Of a stretch of DNA of 55,304 nucleotides, positions 27,442 to 35,242 are shown one piece after another. This DNA comes from Actinomycetota bacterium. Lineage in GTDB: Bacteria > Armatimonadota > SYMT01. The DNA lies in contig SYMT01000553.1 of the NCBI GenBank assembly GCA_005805375.1, positions 1 through 55,304 of the forward strand, given 5' to 3'. The number at the start of each line of letters is the position of its first letter. Position 1 is the first letter of the stretch. The notes beneath the pieces were generated by a model, which was not told the origin of the DNA, made no database searches, and saw only the letters and a list, made by a program, of their open reading frames with translations. Both the position numbers and the translations under genes were made by a program.

Positions 27442-28248
27442 GTGGGGACCGCTGGACCATATCCTCCGATGCCGCACGAAAACTGGTGGGAGACGTTCTA
27501 CGACGAAGGGTTCGCCGCAGCCATCATGGATGCGGATGCGGATGCCCGCTCCCAGCGGGAAGCGGACTTCCTGGTGGAGGCGCTGCATCTTGAACCAGGC
27601 GCGCGTGTCTTCGATCAATGCTGCGGCATCGGTCGCCTCAGCCTGGTGCTGGCCCGTCGAGGCTTCTCCGTCGTGGGTGTGGACGCGATTCCGGCCTACG
27701 TCGCCCACGCCCAGACTGCGTGCGCGGCGGAACACCACGACGCTGAGTTCCACGCCGGCGACGCCCGAGAGTTTGTGCCCGCCCGGTCGTGCGCGGGAGC
27801 ATTCAACGCCTGGTCCAGCTTTGGTTACCTGCAGAATGACGCCGAAAACGCGCGCATGCTGTCGAGCGCCTTCTGTGCAATCCGGCCGGGTGGGCGGTTC
27901 GTACTCGACTACTTCGGCGTAGCGGCGCTGCTGCGGAGCTTTCGGGAGGTCGCTCAGTTCCAGTACTCCGGGCGGGCAGGTTCTACCGCAGTGACGCGCC
28001 GGTCCCGGCTGAACCTTCATGGCGGCCTCCTTGAGCAAACCTGGGAGTACCGCACCGCAGATGGGACACTCCACACGAAACAGAGTTGTACGAAGCTGTA
28101 TCTGCCCCACGATCTCGTGCGACTCCTCGAAGGGGCCGGCTTCCGGGTAGTTGGCTTGCACGGCAGCCTGGCGTTTTCTCCACTGACATTGGAGAGTCCG
28201 CGCTGCGTGGTCGTCGCGGAACGACCGGACCGGATACCCGCCGACTGA
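27442..28248 (+). CDS. Class I SAM-dependent methyltransferase
   Basis: Motif I is VFDQCCGIGRLSLVLARRGFSVVGVD. GTG 27442 directly follows the upstream TAG. ATG 27469 (MPHENWW) is an alternative start. Confidence 0.85.
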   Translation: MGTAGPYPPMPHENWWETFYDEGFAAAIMDADADARSQREADFLVEALHLEPGARVFDQCCGIGRLSLVLARRGFSVVGVDAIPAYVAHAQTACAAEHHDAEFHAGDAREFVPARSCAGAFNAWSSFGYLQNDAENARMLSSAFCAIRPGGRFVLDYFGVAALLRSFREVAQFQYSGRAGSTAVTRRSRLNLHGGLLEQTWEYRTADGTLHTKQSCTKLYLPHDLVRLLEGAGFRVVGLHGSLAFSPLTLESPRCVVVAERPDRIPAD

Positions 28249-31200
28249 TGTCCGCGCCACCCTCATTCCTGGAGCAACTGTCCGCCGTCGTGGAGCGCGA
28301 CCCCGCGGCGCCGGCGCTGGAGGATGCCGGCAGGTGTGTGAGCTACGGCGACCTGTGGGCGCTGGTCTGGCGGATGGGGGACCAACTGCGGCGGGCAGGC
28401 GCCGGACCGGAAGAGCTGGTCGGACTGTGGGTGGAGAAGTCGCCCGAGTACGTGGTGGCGCTCCTTGCCGCCTGGGCAGCCGGCGCCGCCTTCGTCCCAC
28501 TGGACCCGGGGCTGCCGCTGGAACGACTCGAGTTCCTGGTACGAGACTCCGGCGTGAGGCTTGCTGCCGTCAACACAGATCGTCGGACTCAGGCAGAGGT
28601 CCTCGGCCTCCGTTGTCTTCCGATCAGCATCGCCGGTTCCGTACACCCCAGGGCGGCGTCCCCCGATCCGAAGGACGCGCTCAAGAGACGTGAAAGGGCC
28701 GTGCTGCCGACCCCCGCGCCGATTCCAGGCTCGGCCGATGCACTCGCCTATCTGATCTACACTTCCGGCTCCACCGGCACGCCCAAGGGAGTCCTCGTGG
28801 AGCACCGGGGCATCGTTCCGCTGCTGGAGGCTCAGATCGCTGCGTTTGGACTCGGCCCGGGCAAACGATCGCTCTTCCTCCTCTCGACCCAATTCGACGC
28901 CTCGATCTCCGATATCGGGACAGCACTGCTGTCCGGCGCGACGCTCTGCTTCGAGCGTGGTTCGGCGCTGGAAACTGCGGCCGGCCTCCCCGCCGTGCTG
29001 GCTCGACGTGCAATCACGCACCTCGATCTACCGCCGGCACTGCTGCGTGTTTTGCGGCCGGAAGAGGTTTCTTCGTGTCTTGAGGCCCTGATCCTGGGGG
29101 GTGAGCCATGCCCTCCGGACATCATCCGCCGGTGGGCGCGAGACCGCAGGGTGGTGGTGGTCTACGGTCCGACGGAAGCGACCGTGTGCGTCAGCCTCAC
29201 AGTGTGCGACGCCGAAACATGGGATCGCCCGCTGTTGGGAAAGCCGATTTCCACCTGCCGGTTCTGCGTGCTCGACTCGGCGCTCGCACCCACTGAGCCG
29301 GGAGGGGAGGGGGAGCTATTCCTCAGTGGCAAATGCCTGGCACGGGGTTACCATCGCCGTCCGGAACTCAACGCACAGCGGTTCATCACACTCGATGGAG
29401 AGCGACAGTACCGCACCGGCGATCGCGTCCGATTGCATCCGGACGGAGAGTACGAATTCCTGGGACGCACCGATCGGCAGATCAAACGCCACGGGAAGCT
29501 GATCGCCCCCGAGGAGATCGAGGCTGTGTTGTGCACCCACCCGGCCGTTGCTCGCGCGGCCGTAGTGGTGCGAGAGCGCCCCGTGCACGGGGCGCTGCTG
29601 ACCGCCTGTATCCAACTGCGGGGCGAGAGCGGAGTGACTCCGGTGGAACTGCGTCGCCATGTCGCTGCCCGCCTCCCGGACTGGATGGTTCCGCAGCGCT
29701 TCGAGGTCGTTTCTCCTTTCCCGCTCACTGTCAGCGGCAAGCCCGATCTGGCTGCGCTGGCGTCTCAACTGGAGGACACCGATCCACACTGCCTGCCCGC
29801 AGCAGCGGAGGGGTTGCCGCACGAACGCGCACTCCGCACCATCTGGGAGCAAGTGCTGGGGCGACGGGACTTCGGGCTCGATGATGACTTTTTCGCCCTC
29901 GGGGGTGATTCTCTGGGGGTGCTTGAGGTGCTGGCGGCTGCGGAAGCGCTGGGTATCCGATTGTCGGCGCGCGTGCTGCTGGCGCATCCCTCCATCCGGG
30001 GAGTGCTGTCCGCATCGGCCGACGCCGCCCCTCCGGACGCCATCGCCGCGGAAGTGCTGCGCCGGGAGGCGCTCGCCCGCCGCCCGAATGAGTGTGCGCC
30101 TTCGCGCCCGCTGGTGACCGGGACGGAAGCCGGGGTGCAGCCGCCCGAGGTGATCCTGCTCACTGGGGCAACGGGCTTTCTCGGCAGCCGGCTGGCGGTG
30201 GAACTGCTGCAACGCAGCAACGCCCGCATCCTCTGTCTCGTGCGTGCCGACGACGCCGCAGGCGCCCACCGGCGCCTGCGGGCGGCCCTCGATCGCGCTG
30301 CGGGCCTCTCACCCGGCATGGACAGTGGCCGCATTGAGGTGCTCGCGGGCAATGTGGAGCAAGATCGGCTCGGCCTGCCGGCCTCAACCTGGGACCGGTT
30401 GGCGCGTGAGGTGGATGCGATCCATCACTGTGCCGCCCTGGTGAACATGCTGCTGCCCTTCGCCGACCTTCGGGCAGCCAACCTGGATGCGCTGCATCCG
30501 CTGCTGCAGCTCCTGCAGACGGGACGGGCGAAACGGCTGCACCACGCGTCCACCCTATCCGTGTTCGTCTCCACGGACCGGAACCAGGGTGTCATGCGAG
30601 AAGCCGATTGCCTGCAGGACACGCGGTGGGTGTACGGCGGCTACGCGCAGACCAAATGGGCGGCCGAACATCTCCTTCGCGCTGCGCGCGACTCCGGTCT
30701 CCCGGTGTCGCAGTACCGATTTGGGCTGCTGACGGGTGACCCGCACACGGGAGTCGGCGCCCGGGGGGACTTCCTGGCGCTGTTCTTTCGCGGGCTCGCC
30801 GCCTTGGGGTGCGTGCCTGAAAGTGCGCTCGACACGCAGCACGTGGACATCACCCCCATCTCCTTCGCCGCCGCCGCGATGGCCGTCATCTCGCTCCGGC
30901 ACCCCGACCCGGCCGCCTGCGGGACGTATCACATCGCAAATGAGGAGCACGCTTCCGTCCGGGCCCTCGTAGAGGCACTGTCCGGGTGCGGCAAGCGCGT
31001 CTCCGTGGTTTCGGACGCAGAATGGCGACGGCGTCTGCAGCACCTCCAGGCCGGTGGGTCGGGGAGTGCGGCTGCCGCCTGCCTCGGACTCTGCCGCAGC
31101 CTGGATGCCGACGCATTTCAGCGCCACCGCACGTTCGATCTGTTTCAGGCTACCGGGACGGTGTTCGACATGACCTGCACGCACGCCGCGCTCTGCGGCC

Positions 31201-31265
31201 GGGGGATCACCTGCCCGCGTCCGACTGCCGAACTCCTGCGCCGGTACGCCCGGTGCTCCGTCTGA
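28248..31265 (+). CDS. NRPS-like adenylation-thiolation-reductase (A-T-R) protein with no condensation domain
   Basis: The ATG at 28248 overlaps the methyltransferase stop by 1 nt (TGATG). A-domain cores are LAYLIYTSGSTGTPKGV, FDAS, YGPTE, YRTGD and GKLIAPEEIE. The PCP motif is GGDSLG, with its Ser codon at 29910-29912. The terminal thioester-reductase motif is LLTGATGFLGSRL, at about 30156-30190. Confidence 0.9.
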   Translation: MSAPPSFLEQLSAVVERDPAAPALEDAGRCVSYGDLWALVWRMGDQLRRAGAGPEELVGLWVEKSPEYVVALLAAWAAGAAFVPLDPGLPLERLEFLVRDSGVRLAAVNTDRRTQAEVLGLRCLPISIAGSVHPRAASPDPKDALKRRERAVLPTPAPIPGSADALAYLIYTSGSTGTPKGVLVEHRGIVPLLEAQIAAFGLGPGKRSLFLLSTQFDASISDIGTALLSGATLCFERGSALETAAGLPAVLARRAITHLDLPPALLRVLRPEEVSSCLEALILGGEPCPPDIIRRWARDRRVVVVYGPTEATVCVSLTVCDAETWDRPLLGKPISTCRFCVLDSALAPTEPGGEGELFLSGKCLARGYHRRPELNAQRFITLDGERQYRTGDRVRLHPDGEYEFLGRTDRQIKRHGKLIAPEEIEAVLCTHPAVARAAVVVRERPVHGALLTACIQLRGESGVTPVELRRHVAARLPDWMVPQRFEVVSPFPLTVSGKPDLAALASQLEDTDPHCLPAAAEGLPHERALRTIWEQVLGRRDFGLDDDFFALGGDSLGVLEVLAAAEALGIRLSARVLLAHPSIRGVLSASADAAPPDAIAAEVLRREALARRPNECAPSRPLVTGTEAGVQPPEVILLTGATGFLGSRLAVELLQRSNARILCLVRADDAAGAHRRLRAALDRAAGLSPGMDSGRIEVLAGNVEQDRLGLPASTWDRLAREVDAIHHCAALVNMLLPFADLRAANLDALHPLLQLLQTGRAKRLHHASTLSVFVSTDRNQGVMREADCLQDTRWVYGGYAQTKWAAEHLLRAARDSGLPVSQYRFGLLTGDPHTGVGARGDFLALFFRGLAALGCVPESALDTQHVDITPISFAAAAMAVISLRHPDPAACGTYHIANEEHASVRALVEALSGCGKRVSVVSDAEWRRRLQHLQAGGSGSAAAACLGLCRSLDADAFQRHRTFDLFQATGTVFDMTCTHAALCGRGITCPRPTAELLRRYARCSV

Positions 31266-31292
31266 GCGAAGATATCCGGGAGGGAGCAGGAG

Positions 31293-32321
31293 ATGCGCAC
31301 GGGCAAGGGGTTGGTGCTGGGCAAGTTTCTGCCGCCGCATCAAGGGCACATCTATCTGTGCGAGTTCGCACAAAACTACGTCGAGGACCTCGCGATTGTC
31401 GTCGGCACACTGAAGTCTGAACCGATCCCCGGGGTACTGCGCCATGGCTGGATGACCGAACTCTTCCCCGGGGCTCGCGTATTGCACCTCACGGACGAGA
31501 ACCCGCAGTATCCTCACGAACACCCCGATTTCTGGCAAATCTGGAAAGCCAGCCTGACGCGCATCCTGCCGTGGCGCCCCGACTACGTTTTCGCCTCGGA
31601 ACTGTATGGGTTCCCACTGGCGGAGATCCTGGGAGCGCAGTTCGTGCCGGTGGATGTCGGTCGCACGGCCGTCCCGATCAGTGGTTCGCAGATCCGGGCG
31701 GATCCGTGGTCCCACTGGGACTCGATCCCGCCGTGTGTGCGCCCCTTCTTCCTGCGGCGAGTCTGCATTTTCGGACCCGAATCCACCGGCAAGAGCACCC
31801 TCACCGCCCAACTTGCGCGCCACTTCCAGACCGTCTGCGTCCCCGAGTACGCCCGCACGTGGCTCGAACCGCGGGAAGGACGGATCTCGCCGGCGGACAT
31901 TCCGCAGATCGCACGCGGACAGATCGCCGCCGAAGACGCGCTCGCCCGGCACGCAAACCGGTTGCTGTTCTGCGACACGGACCTGCTGACCACTGCCATC
32001 TGGAGCGAAGTCCTCTTCGAGGGGTGCCCGGCATGGATCCGGGCAGAGGCGCAGGCGCGGCGCTATGATCTGACATTACTTCTCGACGTGGACGTGCCCT
32101 GGGTCGGAGATTGCGTGCGCTACCTTCCGGACGAGCGCCGGTCATTCTTCGCCCGCTGCGAGGCCGCACTTGAGGCAGCGGAGCGTCCGTACGTGATCAT
32201 CCGGGGCTCGTGGGAGGAGCGTTTCTCCAGCGCGTGTGCCGCCGTGAACGCGCTGATCCGGCCGGGCGAAGCCCCCGGGTCGCCTCAACAACCGACATTG
32301 TCTGAGAACGCTCGCGGATGA
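31293..32321 (+). CDS. nadR: NadR-type bifunctional NMN adenylyltransferase / ribosylnicotinamide kinase (no HTH domain)
   Basis: GKFLPPHQGH matches the nucleotidyltransferase GxFxPxHxGH motif. ISGSQIR matches the ISSTxIR-like motif. The P-loop FGPESTGKST marks the C-terminal kinase half. Confidence 0.75.
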   Translation: MRTGKGLVLGKFLPPHQGHIYLCEFAQNYVEDLAIVVGTLKSEPIPGVLRHGWMTELFPGARVLHLTDENPQYPHEHPDFWQIWKASLTRILPWRPDYVFASELYGFPLAEILGAQFVPVDVGRTAVPISGSQIRADPWSHWDSIPPCVRPFFLRRVCIFGPESTGKSTLTAQLARHFQTVCVPEYARTWLEPREGRISPADIPQIARGQIAAEDALARHANRLLFCDTDLLTTAIWSEVLFEGCPAWIRAEAQARRYDLTLLLDVDVPWVGDCVRYLPDERRSFFARCEAALEAAERPYVIIRGSWEERFSSACAAVNALIRPGEAPGSPQQPTLSENARG

Positions 32322-32369
32322 TTACCGGGCGTACGGATTCGACGGGGCGTGGATGGAGGTGGTACGACG

Positions 32370-33197
32370 ATGGGACTCTTACAGAATCAAGTCGCGGTGG
32401 TGACCGGCGCCGGCCGAGGAATCGGTCGCGCAATGGCGCTGGCGCTGGCCGCGGACGGAGCACGCGTTGCGCTCGCGTCCCGGTCCGTGGAGCAGTTGGC
32501 GGCGGTAGCGGGTGAGATTACCACCGCCGGCGGCACTGCTCTCTGCGTGCCGACCGACGTAGCGGACGCGAACGCGGTGCGCCACATGGCGGACACGGTC
32601 GAGGCCGGGCTGGGCCCGATTGACCTGCTGGTAAACAACGCCGGCAGCTTCTTCGCGATCGGCCCGGTGTGGGAAGTTGACCCTGCACGCTGGGAACGGG
32701 ACCTTCAAGTGAACCTATTCGGGCTGTTTCGCTGCTGCCGGGCGGTGCTCCCGGGAATGGTCGTCCGTAACTCAGGGCGGATCATCAACGTGATCGGGGG
32801 AGGGGCCGGCACGTCATTCCCGTACGGCAGTGGCTACGGGAGCAGCAAGGCAGCCGTCACGCGCTTCACGGAGTGCGTGGCTGATGAACTGCGCCTGGCT
32901 GATTCCGCCGTGGCCGTCTTTTCGCTTTCGCCGGGCCTCGTCCGCACGGAACTCACCGAGTTCCAACTCCGCAGCCCGGAGGGCCGGCAGTGGATGTCCC
33001 GAATCGAGCAAATGTTCGCAGAGGGGAAAGATGTTCCCCCGACAAGGGCTGCCGGCCTGACGGTTGCCCTGGCGACCGGACGCTTCGACCGCCTCTCCGG
33101 CCGCTGGTTCGGAGTGACTGATGACCTGGACGCCATTGCCGCCGAGCAGGACGACATCCTGCGGCACGATCGGAAGACCCTCCGCTTCCGCATCTAA
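32370..33197 (+). CDS. Short-chain dehydrogenase/reductase (SDR)
   Basis: The ATG at 32370 has a GGAGGT SD. Motifs present are VAVVTGAGRGIGRA, NNAG and YGSSKAA. Confidence 0.9.
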   Translation: MGLLQNQVAVVTGAGRGIGRAMALALAADGARVALASRSVEQLAAVAGEITTAGGTALCVPTDVADANAVRHMADTVEAGLGPIDLLVNNAGSFFAIGPVWEVDPARWERDLQVNLFGLFRCCRAVLPGMVVRNSGRIINVIGGGAGTSFPYGSGYGSSKAAVTRFTECVADELRLADSAVAVFSLSPGLVRTELTEFQLRSPEGRQWMSRIEQMFAEGKDVPPTRAAGLTVALATGRFDRLSGRWFGVTDDLDAIAAEQDDILRHDRKTLRFRI

Positions 33198-33258
33198 ACC
33201 GCTACAAAATCCATTCGTGGTAGTTGCTCCAACCACAAGAAAAACGACCGAACTCATG

Positions 33259-33287
33259 TTGACACGACCGGGCAATCTGGATAAGAT
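33259..33287 (+). promoter_or_regulatory. Near-consensus sigma-70-type promoter
   Basis: TTGACA (33259-33264) is followed by a 17-nt spacer and then TAAGAT (33282-33287). It lies in a locally lower-GC intergenic region with no annotated plus-strand gene downstream. Confidence 0.55.
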
Positions 33288-33293
33288 GCTAGC

Positions 33294-33684
33294 GTAAGGG
33301 GGCGGCGCAGTCCCCGAGACCGGACGGCCCGAAAGGGGCTGGAGGAACCAGTGATGACCCCGCCGGACTGCTTTTTCCGAACCCTGTGACAACAGGGTTC
33401 GGCGACCAATTTTCTCATCGAACCACTTCCCTTTCCGTTCCGGATGACCTGATGCAGGTTGCACAAGTGTTCCCCACGGAATACAGACGATCCAGTGAGC
33501 GATCAGGCGGGTGTGATGAGTGCGGAGCGGGTGATCGAACGCCGACGGCCTGTTTTGCCCGGGAGTAAGGCCGAACATGGAAGTGAGCGAAGGCCACGCT
33601 CACGTTTCATGTGAATCGATGTCACCGTCCGTAGCGATGGAGCTTTAGGGAGGGGGCACACGCTGTGTGCCCCCTCATTCTTGT
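33294..33684 (+). ncRNA. Orphan roughly 390-nt transcription unit: a structured RNA and/or a small-ORF pair (11-codon mini-ORF plus an overlapping 60-codon ORF)
   Basis: The unit is bounded by the promoter above and the terminator hairpin at 33650-33676. Hairpins include gcagtcc (33307-13)/ggactgc (33365-71) followed by TTTTT, ccgaaccctg/cagggttcgg (33377-33402), and gtgagcg/cgctcac (about 33582-33603). GGAGG (33341-45) lies 8 nt before the ATG at 33354, giving MTPPDCFFRTL with its stop at 33387-89. GTG 33386 overlaps that stop and opens a 60-codon ORF ending at 33568. I could not match any known RNA family. Confidence 0.35.
33650..33684 (+). terminator. Strong stem-loop terminator candidate
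   Basis: gagggggcacac (33650-61) pairs perfectly with gtgtgccccctc (33665-76), followed by attcttgt. The trailing tract is T-richer on the plus strand than on the minus strand. Confidence 0.55.
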
Positions 33685-33745
33685 ACCGCCGGCGAGTCGC
33701 CGTGCCGGGTTTGCCCAGGCGACCCCGAGGGCAACTACCGATCGG

Positions 33746-35212
33746 TCAACCCCGCGGCGGGGTGGCGGACTTGTCTTCCGGACGCGCGGCGGGCTCAAGT
33801 TCCTGCTCGGGACCAGGACTGCGCCACTCACCTGTGAGCCGCGCGCCGAGGGGGTCGCGCGCCAGACGTCCCGCCAGTTGTCCGACCCTTGCGGCGCCGG
33901 GCTCACGCACCGAGGCCAACCCGACCATCGCGGCCCAGCGGCCGAGGGCGGATAGCAAAAACACTACTTTGAACGCGAGCGCAAACTCTTCGGGCTTCAA
34001 TCCGCTCTTCGCCACACTGACCAGCCAGCCACCGATCAGTGCGCCGCACCCGCCGGTGATGCCGAATGCCGCTTGAAACAACGCCACGTAGGTGGCTCGG
34101 TGCTCGCGCCGCGCCAGCTTGAGTGCCAGATTCGATGCGCAGAGATTGACGCCGGACCACGAGAAGCTGCCGACGAGGCTGGAGAGCACGGCGATCCAGT
34201 AGCAGGGCACCATCAACGTCCAGAACCCCAGATCCACCCTCCAGGCGCCGGGGCCCGCAAAAATCCACCAGACCGGGATGGTCCCCATCCCGACGCAGAA
34301 CAGGATCGCCACCGGGCGATAGCCATAGTGGTCCGCCAGGCGACCACAGAGCCGATTGCCTCCCGCATTGGACAGACTGGAGATGTTCTCCCAGATCTTC
34401 ATTACGAGCAGCGGGACTCCCAGGAGCTTGAGCGCGTAGAACTGCCACATCGGCGCCGCCACCTGGACGAAAAACATGATCCAGCACCGCGTCAGCGCCA
34501 GCCGGCGGAAACTCGTGTCTCGCAGGGCCGCGCCGAGCGCTTCCGCAAAGGGCATGTTCTTGCGGGCATGCGCCACCCGCACCAACGGCACGCGCGACAG
34601 CACGAGGACTCCGGTGATACCCAATGATGCGCCGAGCACGGCCATCGCGCCGATACCACGCAGGTCTCCCTTGGGCATGGTGTTGAACCACCAGTCCGCA
34701 AAGACACCGGCGCAGAGTCCGACCGGGGTACTGAACACGAGTGCGATCATGTTCTTGCGCCCGAGGAAGCGACCCCAGAACTGTACCGGCGCCAGATCCG
34801 CCACCCAGGTATACCAGGCCACCAGCGCCATCTGTCCACTCAGAGCAGCCACCCCGTTGGCCAAAATCAGCGCCCACACCGGGCCCTGCATTCCCGGACG
34901 GAGGAGGAAGAGGGTGCTGAGGCCGATGGTCATCCAGACCAGCCGGTTCAGGAACATCAACGACAGCGCGAGCCGGCGGCAATCGTCCGTCCGGGTGAGG
35001 ATCCACGAACTGCTGATCTGTAGTGCGGACACGAACTGCGGCACCGCCTGGAGGATCGCGATCTCCGGCGCGCCGGCGCCCATTTCCGTCGCAAGCTTGA
35101 CGAGAAGGATTCCCGCCGTGAGCTGACCGTTGAGGGCGCCGAGGGCGCCCTCGGTGACAACCAGGCGGCGCGCCCGGCGGAGCTGGCGGTTCGTCAGATT
35201 CCCGGTGGGCAC
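33746..35212 (-). CDS. MFS transporter
   Basis: The 488-aa product has multiple hydrophobic helices. GTG 35212 is preceded by an AGGAGG SD. The C-terminal tail is hydrophilic. Confidence 0.85.
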   Translation of the reverse strand: MPTGNLTNRQLRRARRLVVTEGALGALNGQLTAGILLVKLATEMGAGAPEIAILQAVPQFVSALQISSSWILTRTDDCRRLALSLMFLNRLVWMTIGLSTLFLLRPGMQGPVWALILANGVAALSGQMALVAWYTWVADLAPVQFWGRFLGRKNMIALVFSTPVGLCAGVFADWWFNTMPKGDLRGIGAMAVLGASLGITGVLVLSRVPLVRVAHARKNMPFAEALGAALRDTSFRRLALTRCWIMFFVQVAAPMWQFYALKLLGVPLLVMKIWENISSLSNAGGNRLCGRLADHYGYRPVAILFCVGMGTIPVWWIFAGPGAWRVDLGFWTLMVPCYWIAVLSSLVGSFSWSGVNLCASNLALKLARREHRATYVALFQAAFGITGGCGALIGGWLVSVAKSGLKPEEFALAFKVVFLLSALGRWAAMVGLASVREPGAARVGQLAGRLARDPLGARLTGEWRSPGPEQELEPAARPEDKSATPPRG

Positions 35213-35242
35213 TCACTCCTCCTGGCGCCACATGACTGAGTC

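Noticed and set aside
24644-33568. A lasso-peptide hypothesis. An AsnB homologue could act as lasso cyclase, and the 60-codon ORF (33386..33568) could be a precursor with a G...D ring-like core GCDECGAGD.
   Set aside because: No leader peptidase (B protein), RRE or ABC exporter is in the window. The AsnB homologue keeps the glutaminase Cys2, which as I recall lasso cyclases usually lack. The small ORF lacks the usual Thr at position -2, is separated from the operon by its own promoter, and has atypical codon usage.
33294-33684. Identification of the orphan transcript as RNase P RNA, tmRNA, SRP RNA or 6S RNA. The 12-nt string CCAGUGAGCGAU matches E. coli M1 RNA from memory.
   Set aside because: The universal P4 element GGAAAGUCCGG and ACAGAACCCGGCUUA are absent. 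There is no tRNA-like 5'/3' pairing or CCA-proximal T-arm, no tmRNA tag ORF ending in ALAA, and no SRP GGAAGCAGCC motif. The 12-mer match is most likely chance.
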